A stretch of 64,000 nt of DNA from an uncultured bacterium (GCA_949288455.1 CASEKF010000033.1:1244-65243), one strand, 5' to 3'; shown: positions 20,218 through 31,058, counted from the stretch's first letter. Program-made: numbers and translations. Notes: generated by a model from the letters alone, not told the origin.

Positions 20218-21948
20218 TTATCTTCTCTTCCTGCGAACGGCTCTTCGCGAAGTGCGTTTAGCCGGTTTAGCAGTCTTAGAAGGCTTATCTTCTTCTTGAG
20301 AAACCTCTTGATCGTCAAGCTCGTCATGTTCCGATTCCGGAGGAAGTTCTTCCGTATCGGCGATTCTATTGGCTTCGCGTCTTTTCCTTTTAGACGCCGC
20401 CGCTTCCATCAAAGCTCCGCGTCTCTCCTGAGCCTTTTTCTCCTCTTCTTTTTTAACTCTAGCTTCAAAAACGGAAAGACAGGAAGGCACCAGGAAAACG
20501 GAAGAGTAAGCTCCGGCGATGCAGCCTACTATCAAAGCGAACGCAAAGTTTTTCAAGGTAGCTCCGCCGAAGAAATATAAAGCGAACAAAGTTATCAAAA
20601 CGGTAAGAAGAGTGTTTACGGAACGCGTCATCGTCAAATTACACGAAGTGTTAACCACCTCGTCGAACGTCTGCTCCTTAAACAGGATCAAATCTTCTCT
20701 TACCCTATCGAAAATAACTATGGAATTCATAACTGAATAGCCGATGATAGTCATCATCGCGGATACGAACGGCGAATCGAATTCGAGATCAAGAATGGCG
20801 TACACGCCAAGCATAATTATAAGGTCATGCAAAAGACCTATATCTGCGGCTAAGCCATAATACCACTTATTATTAAATCTTACGGTTATATAGATAAGCT
20901 GCATGATCAAGGCTACCAATAAGGCTATCGCCGCTTTTTGAGCGAGCTCTTTGCCAATCGACGGACCTATGCTCTCTTTTTTGAAAAGATAAATAGATCC
21001 GACTTTATTTTCTATTTTTTTACTTATCATAATCAGCAAATCGTTTATTTCATCATTAGCCAAACTGGTTCCGTCTTTCTTGGAAAGTCTTATAAAAGCC
21101 GCCTGAAAAGCGTCGCTGACGCCAACCAGCGAAATCGGAGGATCGATTGTTACGGATACTATTTCTAAATTTTCGTCAAAACTTCTCAGAAGATTCAATA
21201 TATCGTTCTGATCGGCAAAAACAATCCGACGATTAACGACCGGCTCGGAAGCGTCCTCCTTTTTAGATTCTCCGGAATCAGACTGCTCGGAAGAATTTAC
21301 GCCTGACTTCTCCTCGTCGGGGACATCTACGATAATAGAAGTAAAAAGTTCGGGATCCGATTCCAACATAACGGAAAAAGTAACCGTCCCGTCTTTTTCA
21401 ACAAAGGAATCCTCAATAAAACGCACTTTTCCAAAACGATCGATAAAAGTCGCGGGAAGCCCCTTCAAATCAGCCGCCGAAAGCGATGCGTCAGGCTTCT
21501 TTAAAGTAAAAGTAACCTTATTCATGTTTTTTTCATAAACGACTACTTTAGGAGAACCTTCGGGCTGAGTAATAGGATGTTTTAACTGACGCTTTTCGTC
21601 CGAAATTTCCGAATTATATTGCTCTACAACGTCCGATATCAAAGACGGTATAGCGCTTTTTTCCTGTTTGCCTACCGGGAAACCTACTTCAAGCATCGTT
21701 CCGCCGGTAAATTCAAGAGAAAGATTAAGGCCGCTTGAAAAAATCTGATATACGATAAATATTAAGCATAAGGCCGTAATAATACCTGAAAAAGTAAAAA
21801 AAGTATTTTTATGCCCTACTATTTTTATAGGTTGTTTTCTAAAACGTCTGGTGTAAAAGGCCAGCCAAAACATGATGGCTATAACAACAAGCATTAACGT
21901 TACGTTAGTCGCGTTTAATTGCTTTACAAAAATCTCTAAAAAATTCAT
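20218..21948 (-). CDS. secF: Protein translocase subunit SecF (expanded periplasmic domain, polybasic C-tail)
   Basis: 576 aa. SecF hallmarks are 'LEFTGGT' and a C-terminal six-TM bundle 'GPSIGKEL...IIGYSVMNSIVIFDRVRE'. There is a roughly 230-aa insertion and a roughly 75-aa Lys/Arg/Glu-rich tail ending RRAVRRKRR. Confidence 0.85.
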   Translation of the reverse strand: MNFLEIFVKQLNATNVTLMLVVIAIMFWLAFYTRRFRKQPIKIVGHKNTFFTFSGIITALCLIFIVYQIFSSGLNLSLEFTGGTMLEVGFPVGKQEKSAIPSLISDVVEQYNSEISDEKRQLKHPITQPEGSPKVVVYEKNMNKVTFTLKKPDASLSAADLKGLPATFIDRFGKVRFIEDSFVEKDGTVTFSVMLESDPELFTSIIVDVPDEEKSGVNSSEQSDSGESKKEDASEPVVNRRIVFADQNDILNLLRSFDENLEIVSVTIDPPISLVGVSDAFQAAFIRLSKKDGTSLANDEINDLLIMISKKIENKVGSIYLFKKESIGPSIGKELAQKAAIALLVALIMQLIYITVRFNNKWYYGLAADIGLLHDLIIMLGVYAILDLEFDSPFVSAMMTIIGYSVMNSIVIFDRVREDLILFKEQTFDEVVNTSCNLTMTRSVNTLLTVLITLFALYFFGGATLKNFAFALIVGCIAGAYSSVFLVPSCLSVFEARVKKEEEKKAQERRGALMEAAASKRKRREANRIADTEELPPESEHDELDDQEVSQEEDKPSKTAKPAKRTSRRAVRRKRR

Positions 21949-21961
21949 CGTTCACTCCTCC

Positions 21962-23221
21962 CTATTCCCCATAGTGTTTCCTATTGGTATCCCAATTATT
22001 AAGGAATATGGTATCTACGAACACTCTCGTACCGACAGTCGCGGTGATAAGGCTCCAGAAAGTTCCTATCATAAGAGTAAGACCAAAGCCTTTCATCGAG
22101 GTAGCTCCAAGCACATATATCATCAAGGCTCCTATAAAAGTAGTTACATGACTATCAAGAATAGGATCGAAAGCTCTTTTGAAACCGATTTCTATTGAAG
22201 ATTTAAGACTCTTTCCCTGCCATAACTCTTCTTTAATTCTCTCAAAAATAAGAACGTTAGCGTCTACGGCCATGCCTATCGATAAAATAAATCCGGCTAT
22301 ACCGGGAAGCGTTAAAACAAAACCGCCTACCACCATAGTAGCGAGAGTAACTATAGTGTAAACTATCAAAGCTATATCGGCCGTAAATCCGAGAACTCTG
22401 TAATAGAACAACATAAAAAAACATACGACCAACAGTCCTATAACTCCGGCGGCCAAACTTGACATAAGAGATTCTTGCCCAAGCATCGGATCAACCGTCA
22501 TACTCTCAAGAATTTCTACGTTAAGAGGAAGCGAACCTGAATTCATCAAAACTTTCAACTCTTCGCACTCTTCGATGGTCATGGATCCGCCGCTGATAGT
22601 GCCGCTGCCTCCGGTAATGACGCTCTGTACCACGGGAGCGCTTATTTCCTTATTGTCAAACCATATTGCCAGAGGTTTATTAAGATTATCTCTCGTAATC
22701 TGAGCAAACCTTTCGGCTCCTTTTGAGTCAAAGGTAAAAGACACATAAGGCTTACCGGAAGCGTCTATGCCGACGTTAGCGGAATTAGGTTTTAAAGAAG
22801 CTCCCGTAATAACGGTTTTCCAAGCGTTAGTCCCCAAAGAAAGCACTTTAAACTCTAAAACTCCAACTTTTTTTACAAGGGCTTCGGCTTTCTTAACGTC
22901 TGTTTCTTCGGGAATTTCTATTATAAGACGATCGACTCCCTCTCGCTGAATCAAAATTTCCTTAGTGCCGTCAGGATTAAGTCTTTTTTCAAAAATTCCG
23001 ATAGCGGTAGCTATATTGACGTCGTTTACCGGTATAGTTTCCCCCGTCTCATAGCTTACCATAGGCTTAAGCTGCAAAGCTATATGAGTGCCCGATCTCA
23101 AATCCAATCCAAGCTTAATATTAAACTTCTTTAAAGCGGGGTTGTAAATTAGGTATAAGCCTAAAATCGAAATTGCCGCTATAAAAACTAGGTAAATCCA
23201 ATTTTTATTTCTGTCAGTCAT
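21962..23221 (-). CDS. secD: Protein translocase subunit SecD
   Basis: 419 aa with N-terminal TM, periplasmic domain and C-terminal RND-like six-TM bundle. Lies immediately upstream of secF. Confidence 0.85.
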   Translation of the reverse strand: MTDRNKNWIYLVFIAAISILGLYLIYNPALKKFNIKLGLDLRSGTHIALQLKPMVSYETGETIPVNDVNIATAIGIFEKRLNPDGTKEILIQREGVDRLIIEIPEETDVKKAEALVKKVGVLEFKVLSLGTNAWKTVITGASLKPNSANVGIDASGKPYVSFTFDSKGAERFAQITRDNLNKPLAIWFDNKEISAPVVQSVITGGSGTISGGSMTIEECEELKVLMNSGSLPLNVEILESMTVDPMLGQESLMSSLAAGVIGLLVVCFFMLFYYRVLGFTADIALIVYTIVTLATMVVGGFVLTLPGIAGFILSIGMAVDANVLIFERIKEELWQGKSLKSSIEIGFKRAFDPILDSHVTTFIGALMIYVLGATSMKGFGLTLMIGTFWSLITATVGTRVFVDTIFLNNWDTNRKHYGE

Positions 23222-23430
23222 GACATTCTCCTTTCTATAAAAAACTACGAAAACACAAGACGCCGTCTTCCGCCGATAAACTCCGCAAGCTGGAAAAATC
23301 TTTGAAAATACCTTATAAAACTCGCTTTTATCATGCTAAAAGCGTTCGTAAAAACTAAAAAGCTCCGTTAGTAGTCATATACCGGACAGAAGAAGCGAAA
23401 ATTTTAAAATTATAAAATTCTGATTGAACT

Positions 23431-24549
23431 TCAACTCCTCTCCGCGTCGCTAAAATATTTTTCCAAAAAATCCTTTTTAAATTCAGAAAATCTTTTTTCT
23501 AAAATAGACAACCTTATTTCCCGCATAAGAGAACATAAAAAATATAAATTATGGATAGAAGCCAATTCCGGACCCAGCATCTCGTCTACCATAAAAAGAT
23601 GACGCAAATAAGCTCTTGAAAAATTAGAGCATGCATAACAGCCGCATCCTTCTTCAACCGGGATATCGGAAAACTTATGTCTGGAATTTTTAATGACAAG
23701 CTTGCCGAAGCGAGTCATAAATGTTCCGGTTCTTGCAGTTCTGGTCGGCAAAACGCAATCGAACATATCGACTCCTCTTTCGACCGCTTCAAGAATATCC
23801 TCCGGAGCTCCTACTCCCATGAGGTATCTGGGCTTATTCTTAGGAACGTAAGGAGTAGTCTGCTCAAGAACCGAATACATAACGGGCTTTGCTTCTCCCA
23901 CGCTTAACCCGCCGATGGAAAAACCGGAAAAATCGCCTTGAGATAAAGTCTCCGCGCTGATTTTTCTTAAATCAGGATACATCCCTCCTTGAATTATGCC
24001 GAACAAACGATTGTTCGAAGTTTTCGCTTTCAAACATCTGAACGCCCAGTCATGCGTTCTCTTTAAAGACTGTTTGACATACTCATGATCCGAAGAGGGA
24101 GGAACGCATTCGTCTATAGGCATCATGATATCGCTGCCAAAAGCTTCTTGAAACCCGATTACGTTTTCCGGAGAAAACATATGAAGAGAACCGTCTATAT
24201 GACTTCTAAACGTAACTCCTTCGTCGGTTATGGAAATTCTATCCCTAAGGCTGAAAACCTGAAAACCTCCGCTATCAGTTAAAATTCCTTTTTTCCAGTT
24301 CATAAACTTATGAAGTCCTCCCATTTTTCTGATAAGTTCATGTCCCGGGCGAAGATATAAATGATAAGTATTTGACAGGACGATAGGGAAACCTATTTCT
24401 TCTATGTCTCTCGGGAAAAGGCCCTTAACCGTAGCCTGAGTTCCAACGGGCATAAAGACCGGAGTCTCCGCTTCAAATCTATCGGTTTTCAAAATTCCGG
24501 TTCTGGCTCCGCCGTCTTCCGACGTCACGGTAAAAAAATTGCCTGGCAT
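23431..24549 (-). CDS. tgt: Queuine tRNA-ribosyltransferase (tRNA-guanine transglycosylase)
   Basis: 372 aa with the catalytic region 'YLMGVGAPEDILEAVERGVDMFDCVLPTRTARTG' and zinc site CGCYAC...H. Confidence 0.9.
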   Translation of the reverse strand: MPGNFFTVTSEDGGARTGILKTDRFEAETPVFMPVGTQATVKGLFPRDIEEIGFPIVLSNTYHLYLRPGHELIRKMGGLHKFMNWKKGILTDSGGFQVFSLRDRISITDEGVTFRSHIDGSLHMFSPENVIGFQEAFGSDIMMPIDECVPPSSDHEYVKQSLKRTHDWAFRCLKAKTSNNRLFGIIQGGMYPDLRKISAETLSQGDFSGFSIGGLSVGEAKPVMYSVLEQTTPYVPKNKPRYLMGVGAPEDILEAVERGVDMFDCVLPTRTARTGTFMTRFGKLVIKNSRHKFSDIPVEEGCGCYACSNFSRAYLRHLFMVDEMLGPELASIHNLYFLCSLMREIRLSILEKRFSEFKKDFLEKYFSDAERS

Positions 24550-24639
24550 ATAAGCTACCCTCTCGATAAAAATAATAATAAAAACCCTCTCGCCGCGGCC
24601 AAGTGCCGAAACAAAAGGGAATTAAAAAGCTAATAACTA

Positions 24640-25638
24640 TTAGTTTTCAGAAGCTTCTTTCTCCTTCTCCGGCCATATGAAAGAAGCTAAAATTCCGCAT
24701 AAAAGCAAACCGAGCACAACGAACAGGCTGATCTCCGGAGTGGGCTTCAGAAACGAAACGTCCAGATTAAAATTAAATATTTTTTTGACATACATATCGT
24801 AAAGACCGGTGATCAACATCTTATAACCTATAAACGCAAGAATGGCGACAACGGCTTTTTCCAGATGACACAATTTATTTTTCGCGGCGGCCAACATAAA
24901 ATACATGCTTCTTAAACCCAAGATAGCAAAAATATTTGAAGTGTAAACCAAAAATAAATTATCGGTCACCGCTATTATAGCCGGAACGGAATCGAAAGCA
25001 AACATTATATCGGCTATTTCAATAACTATAAGACACATCAAAAGAGGGGTTGCCAAAAGCTTTCCGTCAACTTTAGTAAAAAAATTATGTCCGACCATTT
25101 TATTGTTAATCGGAATAAATTTTTTAGTCAGATGAACGGACCAATGATTACTGTAATCCTCTATTTCTTCATGACCGCCCTTCATAGACTCAAACATTTT
25201 CCAAGCGCTCCATAAGATGAACACCGCGAAAACAAGCATAGCGATCCACCCTAAAAGATGTATCAGCGTAGTGCCCGCCAGAATAAAAACAAGCCTAAAT
25301 ACGATCGCTCCTATTATTCCAAAATAAAGAACTCTATGTTGAAATTCGTCTTTAACGGCGAAATTTGCGAAAATAGCCATCATAACGAATAAGTTGTCGA
25401 CAGATAAAGATTTTTCTAAAACATACCCCGTAAGATAGAGATAGGAATCTTCCGCGCCATGTTTAAGCCATATATAGCCGGCAAAAGCAATAGCTAAAAC
25501 TACCCAGAAAATCGTCCATAAAGTAGCGTTTTTAACAGATATAGCCTCGTCCTTTTTATGAGCGTATAAATCTATAAGAAGGCAAACGATAACAAGAATA
25601 AAAAAACAGCTAAGCTCGATCCATGAATATCCGCCCAT
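24640..25638 (-). CDS. TerC-family integral membrane protein
   Basis: 332 aa, polytopic, with TerC-like repeated hydrophobic modules. Confidence 0.6.
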   Translation of the reverse strand: MGGYSWIELSCFFILVIVCLLIDLYAHKKDEAISVKNATLWTIFWVVLAIAFAGYIWLKHGAEDSYLYLTGYVLEKSLSVDNLFVMMAIFANFAVKDEFQHRVLYFGIIGAIVFRLVFILAGTTLIHLLGWIAMLVFAVFILWSAWKMFESMKGGHEEIEDYSNHWSVHLTKKFIPINNKMVGHNFFTKVDGKLLATPLLMCLIVIEIADIMFAFDSVPAIIAVTDNLFLVYTSNIFAILGLRSMYFMLAAAKNKLCHLEKAVVAILAFIGYKMLITGLYDMYVKKIFNFNLDVSFLKPTPEISLFVVLGLLLCGILASFIWPEKEKEASEN

Positions 25639-25733
25639 CGTACAAATTCTCCTGAGTATTTATGTTTATTAATTTATAAATCAAAAACTGACTTCACAAA
25701 ATAGTTTCGTCTTAAGACATTCGTCAGATATCT

Positions 25734-26399
25734 CTACTGTTTGCCTATATCTCCTATGAGAGTTCGAATAGGAATCATGCTGTAGGGATGCTCCGCAAGA
25801 AATCTCACTTGCTTATCTATAGTCGCGATAACGCCTATTCCGTTAACTCTTCCGCTTCTTCTATGAACTTCGTCTATAATAATTTTTAACGTATACCCCG
25901 ATCCTATAAACTCATCCAATATGTAAACGTTTTTATTTGCGAAATCTATTCCCGACGAGAAAGACACTTTTTCTACGGTAACGGTGCCGTCCGGATTGTA
26001 AACCTTAGCTCGTTTGGCTTCGGCTACGCTTATTTCTCTCATAGTATAGACAAATCTAGAAAGAAGCTCTCCGGCATGATCTACTACGAGAACTATATCG
26101 GTATTAGGCCAAGGCATCATCGCAAGCGAAGCGCATATCCCGGCATATTCCGAGCCGTTTCTGAATTCGTTTCTTTCTTCCGGCGAAAGATTGGCGAAAC
26201 GCTTAAGATCTGTTTTTGGATGAAGCAGCACGGTAGCGGAATATCCGTCGAAAAACTCTACGTTTTTCTCCGTAGAAGGATGTACGTTTACGATAGAAAC
26301 TCTGAGATCAAAGCTATCCGAATCTTTTTGGAAAACTGCCCCTCCCTCGATATAACCGGGCATGCACTGCGATATTTTAGGGATATAAATGGACTCCAT
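25734..26399 (-). CDS. Phosphoribosyltransferase-like domain protein (function uncertain)
   Basis: 221 aa. 'VYILDEFIGSGYTL' resembles the PRPP-binding loop of type I PRTases. Confidence 0.4.
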   Translation of the reverse strand: MESIYIPKISQCMPGYIEGGAVFQKDSDSFDLRVSIVNVHPSTEKNVEFFDGYSATVLLHPKTDLKRFANLSPEERNEFRNGSEYAGICASLAMMPWPNTDIVLVVDHAGELLSRFVYTMREISVAEAKRAKVYNPDGTVTVEKVSFSSGIDFANKNVYILDEFIGSGYTLKIIIDEVHRRSGRVNGIGVIATIDKQVRFLAEHPYSMIPIRTLIGDIGKQ

Positions 26400-26411
26400 A
26401 TAAACCTCTTG

Positions 26412-26918
26412 TCAAATATGTATTACGTCTTTTTTCATAGCGGACTTTTTAGCCGTATTTATTATTTTTTCCATTTCGTTATACTTATCGAAAAAAAGCG
26501 AATCTATGTATATATATTTTCCGTCGTCTTTTTTATCGTCTTTAAACAACACGCATTTATAAAATAATTCCTGAGCTATATAGAAAGGAAAATCCTTCCA
26601 TTCCGCTCTAATATGAGTTTTTCCCGAAATAAATTCAAAAAAGACCGGCGTAAGGATAACTTTCTTTTTTAAATTAACGATTAAAGCGCAGAAAGACGGC
26701 ACAATTATTAAAACGGCCGATAACGCAAGAATAAGCAAAACGATAATTTTAGAATCGTCGACTTTGGAAAGACTATCCAAAACGTCTAAGGTGCGATACG
26801 CCAAATAGATAAAAACGGCGAAGCAAACGAATAAAAACAAAATAAATTTAGAAGGATTAGATTTATATTCTTTTTTTAACTCTTTCGATTGTACCTGAGC
26901 TCTGCGAAACATTAACAA
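26412..26918 (-). CDS. Hypothetical membrane protein
   Basis: 168 aa with 2 predicted TM helices. 12-nt gap to the upstream PRTase-like gene. Confidence 0.45.
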   Translation of the reverse strand: MLMFRRAQVQSKELKKEYKSNPSKFILFLFVCFAVFIYLAYRTLDVLDSLSKVDDSKIIVLLILALSAVLIIVPSFCALIVNLKKKVILTPVFFEFISGKTHIRAEWKDFPFYIAQELFYKCVLFKDDKKDDGKYIYIDSLFFDKYNEMEKIINTAKKSAMKKDVIHI

Positions 26919-27316
26919 GATCCTTAACGTTTTTTTAATTATAAAATATCTATACTAAAGCTACATGCTAATTAAAGTTATAAAATGGAAATTTTATTTA
27001 TGTTCTACCATTATCCGCCTAACTCCTTTAATATTAATCGGGCATAAATATTTTAGCGCGAATCTTACGTTAAAGAATTCCGCGGCATATAGGCTTATAT
27101 ATCGAGCGAGAGTCGACAAAATCAAATTAAAATCAAAATAAAACCGCCGCGCAAAATAAAAATAAAGGCGACTTTCGCGGAAAGATTACATTTTTAAATA
27201 AAGAAAAGGGAAAATAAGAAAACGTCAAGAAGTTAATGCAGAAATTTTGGAATTTTCTGTATCTTAAAAAAACTCAGCCTATTTTTATTTACAATCGATA
27301 TAAAACAATAAAATTT

Positions 27317-27922
27317 ATGAATAAGGACAAATTATCGCAATACGTAACACAAGAAATAAACGAAGCGCTTCGCGCGGCCAAATTAACGTTTCTTATAAAA
27401 TCAGAAATAATACAAGCCGCGAAGATTCTAGCGGAATCTATATTGTCGGGCGGCAAAGCCATTATATGCGGAAACGGCGGAAGCGCCGCCGAAGCTCAAC
27501 ATATGGCGGCCGAGCTTGTGGGAAGATTCGAAATTGAACGTCCCGGAATTCCGGCCGTTTCAATTACCTCAGACACGGCAATCCTAACTTCTGCGTCTAA
27601 CGATTATTCTTTCGATCTCGTCTATGCCAGACAAATAGAAGCGTTAGGAGACGATAAGGACGTTTTGATATGCTTTTCCACGTCAGGAAATTCTGAAAAT
27701 ATCGTCCAAGCTTTAAAAACTGCCAAAACAAAAGGCATGACTGCTATTTTAATCGCAGGCGAATCCGCGGGAAAATCGAAAAATCTAGCGGACGTAGAAA
27801 TTAAAGTCAAATCTTCCAGAACGTGTAGAATACAGGAGATTCATTCCGTAATTACTCATATTATCTGCGGCTTCGTCGAAAAGGAAATATGTCGCGGGAA
27901 GAAACAGCAAACTTTCGAATAA
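27317..27922 (+). CDS. gmhA: Phosphoheptose isomerase (SIS domain)
   Basis: Strong similarity to GmhA (CGNGGSAAEAQHMAAEL, SDTAILTS.SNDYSFD, FSTSGNSENI). Probable start is the internal Met at 27317 (ORF opens at 27236). Confidence 0.85.
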   Translation: MNKDKLSQYVTQEINEALRAAKLTFLIKSEIIQAAKILAESILSGGKAIICGNGGSAAEAQHMAAELVGRFEIERPGIPAVSITSDTAILTSASNDYSFDLVYARQIEALGDDKDVLICFSTSGNSENIVQALKTAKTKGMTAILIAGESAGKSKNLADVEIKVKSSRTCRIQEIHSVITHIICGFVEKEICRGKKQQTFE

Positions 27923-27932
27923 GGAAACCCAT

Positions 27933-29111
27933 ATGAATATAGCGATTTTTACAAACGCATACAAGCCTATTATAAGCGGCGTGGTAAACTGTATTGATTT
28001 AATGAGAAAATTTCTTGAAAAAAAAGGGCACGGCGTATATATATTCGCTCCCTATTTTCATGGATATACCGATCCTGAAAACGAAAAAGTCTTTAGATAC
28101 CCTTCTCTAAACCTCACGAATAAAGTTAAATTTCCGGTTCCCATACCTTTTTATCCTAAAGCGGAAAAATTTCTATCCGAAACGAAAATAGACGTAATTC
28201 ATTGTCATCATCCTTTTATATTGGGAGACGAAGGAGCCAAATGGGCGGCAAAACTCAACGTTCCCCTGTTTTTTACTTTTCACACCCAATATGAAATGTA
28301 TTCCCATTATATACCTCTCCCTCAGGATTTCGTAAAATCGGCTTCCAAAACGCTAGTATCGGCATATACGAAAAAATGTTCCGTCATAATAACTCCGGGA
28401 ACGGCTATTGAAGAACTTTTAAAACGAGACTACAATATAACTAATCAAAAAATAGCGTATATGAGAAACTCTATAGACTTAGACGCCTTTAAAAATCCGA
28501 ATAAAACTCGGATAAGAAAAATGCACTCTATAGACGACGATGAAAAACTTCTCGTTTACGTGGGAAGAATGGCCGAAGAAAAAAACATACCTTTTCTCAT
28601 AGACGCCTTCGTTAAAATACGGCGAGAAATAAAATCGAAATTAATGATTATAGGAGAAGGTCCGGAACTGGAATCTTTTAAGGAGTACGCCTCCAAAACT
28701 CCTGCGAAATCTTCGATTATTTTCAAAGGAAGAGTCGAATATTCCGGTATTCCGGATTATTACGGCGGCTCGGATCTTTTCGTTATGGCCTCGACTACGG
28801 AAGTAAAGCCGCTGGCTCTCCTAGAAGCTATGGCGGCAGGACTTCCTATCGTAGCGGTATCGGCATGCGGGGCGTCCGATACTGTCGTCAATGGTAAAAA
28901 CGGCTATCTTACTTCGGAAAACATAGACGAATTCGCGCAAAAAACGATAGAACTACTTAAGAATCAAGAACTTTTATCAAAAATGAGCGAAGAAAGCGAA
29001 AAAATAGCGGACTCATATTCTGCCGACGCAGCGATGGATCGCCTTATCGAACTATACGAAAGAGAAATATTTCTAAAAGCGAAACTGCAAAAGCAAGTTT
29101 CCGAAGCGTAA
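27933..29111 (+). CDS. Family GT4 glycosyltransferase
   Basis: 392 aa with the GT-B C-terminal EX7E-like region (LLEAMAAGLPIVA). Confidence 0.75.
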   Translation: MNIAIFTNAYKPIISGVVNCIDLMRKFLEKKGHGVYIFAPYFHGYTDPENEKVFRYPSLNLTNKVKFPVPIPFYPKAEKFLSETKIDVIHCHHPFILGDEGAKWAAKLNVPLFFTFHTQYEMYSHYIPLPQDFVKSASKTLVSAYTKKCSVIITPGTAIEELLKRDYNITNQKIAYMRNSIDLDAFKNPNKTRIRKMHSIDDDEKLLVYVGRMAEEKNIPFLIDAFVKIRREIKSKLMIIGEGPELESFKEYASKTPAKSSIIFKGRVEYSGIPDYYGGSDLFVMASTTEVKPLALLEAMAAGLPIVAVSACGASDTVVNGKNGYLTSENIDEFAQKTIELLKNQELLSKMSEESEKIADSYSADAAMDRLIELYEREIFLKAKLQKQVSEA

Positions 29112-29122
29112 AAAAATAAAGT

Positions 29123-29503
29123 ATGAACACAGCGGCATACGGCATACCAATTATATTAGCCATAGCGGCGATTATACTCGCGATACAAGACGGCAAACAA
29201 GAAAAAGAAGAAACTTCGAAACGCGGGCCTATAAAAAATATACGGAGGAAAGCCGGCTTAGCGTTCATGTTTGCCACCGCAATTTTTTTATTTATGGGCA
29301 TACGTTCTCTCGAACAGCACGTCATAGATATCCCCATATGGATCGGAGGGGCGATTTCTTTCGTATTAACGTCCGCCATAGGATTGTGGGACGCGCTATA
29401 TGAATTGCAAGAATTAAAAAAGAGTTTATCGAAAGTCTGTGAAGAAGATTACAAAAATCTTATAGGCGAAATAGAAAAAGCAACAAAAGAAAATAGAAAT
29501 TAA
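29123..29503 (+). CDS. Small hypothetical membrane protein
   Basis: 126 aa with 3 TM helices. 11-nt gap after the GT4 gene. Confidence 0.45.
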   Translation: MNTAAYGIPIILAIAAIILAIQDGKQEKEETSKRGPIKNIRRKAGLAFMFATAIFLFMGIRSLEQHVIDIPIWIGGAISFVLTSAIGLWDALYELQELKKSLSKVCEEDYKNLIGEIEKATKENRN

Positions 29504-29604
29504 GAAAGAAAAACGCTTGGGACTCAAGCTATTTAATCGTCCAATAAATCGATAAAATCCGAAATACAAACGATACATATTAAACGAAAGGTACTTTATA
29601 TACA

Positions 29605-30093
29605 ATGGCTCTAAGACCAATTCGCCTTCTAGGAGACGATATATTAAGAAAAAAAGCGAAAAAAGTCGAAAAGGTAAACGATTTTATAAGAACAATATTA
29701 GACGACATGGCCGATACGATGTATAAAAACGACGGTTTAGGACTTGCGGGAAATCAAGTCGGAATCCTTAAAAGATTAATAGTAATAGACGACGGCTACG
29801 GTCTGTTGCAGCTTGTCAATCCAACGATCACGGAACGCGAAGGATGCGTAAAAAAGGAAGAAGGATGTCTTAGCCTTCCTCAAACGTACGGAGAGGTGGA
29901 AAGAGCCGAAGCAATAAAGGTTAACGCTCAGGATAGAAAAGGAAGAAAAATAGAGTTTGAAGCGAAAGGCATATTGGCGCGCATAATTCAGCACGAAATA
30001 GATCATTTAGACGGCAAACTTTTCATAGACTCGGCCGAGAACGTGTATAAAGCGAACGAAAAAGAAACGGCGGAAAACGAAGAAAAAGAATAA
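29605..30093 (+). CDS. def: Peptide deformylase
   Basis: Motifs GLAGNQVG, EGCLSLP and HEIDHLDG. Confidence 0.9.
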   Translation: MALRPIRLLGDDILRKKAKKVEKVNDFIRTILDDMADTMYKNDGLGLAGNQVGILKRLIVIDDGYGLLQLVNPTITEREGCVKKEEGCLSLPQTYGEVERAEAIKVNAQDRKGRKIEFEAKGILARIIQHEIDHLDGKLFIDSAENVYKANEKETAENEEKE

Positions 30094-30110
30094 ACGAGGA
30101 GAACCAAAAA

Positions 30111-31046
30111 ATGAAAATTTGCTTTTTTGGATCCGACGAGTTTTCTCTGCATCCACTTGAAGCTTTATGCGAAGCAGGATATGAAATTGCATGTATAATC
30201 ACCAAGCCAGACGCGAAGAAAGGGAGAGGACACTTTGAAAGCTCGACCATAATAGCTGATTTTGCCGAAAAAAGGCATATTCCGGTTCTAAAGCCAAAGA
30301 ATTTAAAAGAAGATTCTTTTCGTAAAAATCTTAAGCTATTTCAATTGGAACTGGGAATCGTCTGTTCCTATGGCAAAATACTTCCGAAAACTATCCTCGA
30401 CGTTCCGGACAACGGATGCATAAACGTACATCCTTCTCTGTTGCCGAAATATCGAGGAGCTACGCCGGTGGAATCGGCTCTCATAAACGGAGAAGAAACT
30501 ACGGGAGTAACGATTTTTCAAATGAACGAAGCTTGCGACGCCGGAGACATAATTCTGCAGAAAGAATTTATCATAAAACCCGACGACGATAGACAAACCT
30601 TAAAACAATCCCTCTCGTATTTTGCCGCAGAGGTTCTTTTGCAGGCAGTTGCGCTAATAAAAGAAAAAACGGCGCAGCCGACGCCGCAGGACGACTCCAA
30701 AGCAACGTATACCAGGCTTATCAAAAAGGAAGATCTACAGATCGACTGGACATCGACGTCTCGGAATATAATAAATCAAACAAGGGCGTTTTGGCCCGTT
30801 CCAGGAGCAAGGACGACTTTTAGAGGTAAAACGATAGCTATAGCTCCTATGTCTGAAATAAGTTCGACTACCGAATACGCTCCGGGAACTATAGTAAAGT
30901 GCGTCAAAAACCAAGGCGTTTGCGTAGCGTCAGGAGACGGAATTCTCATGCTGTCGGAAATTAAACCGGAAGGGAAAAAAATAATGACATCTTGGCAATT
31001 CGCATGCGGCTGCATGCCTAAGCCCGGAGAAAAACTTGGAAAATAA
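30111..31046 (+). CDS. fmt: Methionyl-tRNA formyltransferase
   Basis: 311 aa with formyltransferase core (INVHPSLLPKYRGATP) and C-terminal tRNA-binding domain. Follows def, as in the conserved operon. Confidence 0.9.
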   Translation: MKICFFGSDEFSLHPLEALCEAGYEIACIITKPDAKKGRGHFESSTIIADFAEKRHIPVLKPKNLKEDSFRKNLKLFQLELGIVCSYGKILPKTILDVPDNGCINVHPSLLPKYRGATPVESALINGEETTGVTIFQMNEACDAGDIILQKEFIIKPDDDRQTLKQSLSYFAAEVLLQAVALIKEKTAQPTPQDDSKATYTRLIKKEDLQIDWTSTSRNIINQTRAFWPVPGARTTFRGKTIAIAPMSEISSTTEYAPGTIVKCVKNQGVCVASGDGILMLSEIKPEGKKIMTSWQFACGCMPKPGEKLGK

Positions 31047-31058
31047 GGAGAACAAGCG

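Noticed and set aside
23222-23430. Missing yajC between tgt and secD
   Set aside because: The 209-bp gap has no ORF of sufficient length. yajC is simply absent or elsewhere, so this is noted but not a feature.
25639-25733. Possible yybP-ykoY (Mn2+) riboswitch upstream of the TerC-family gene
   Set aside because: The 95-nt leader on the minus strand is AT-rich, with no GGAGAGUAG/CAUAC-type conserved helices. It looks like an ordinary RBS-containing leader.
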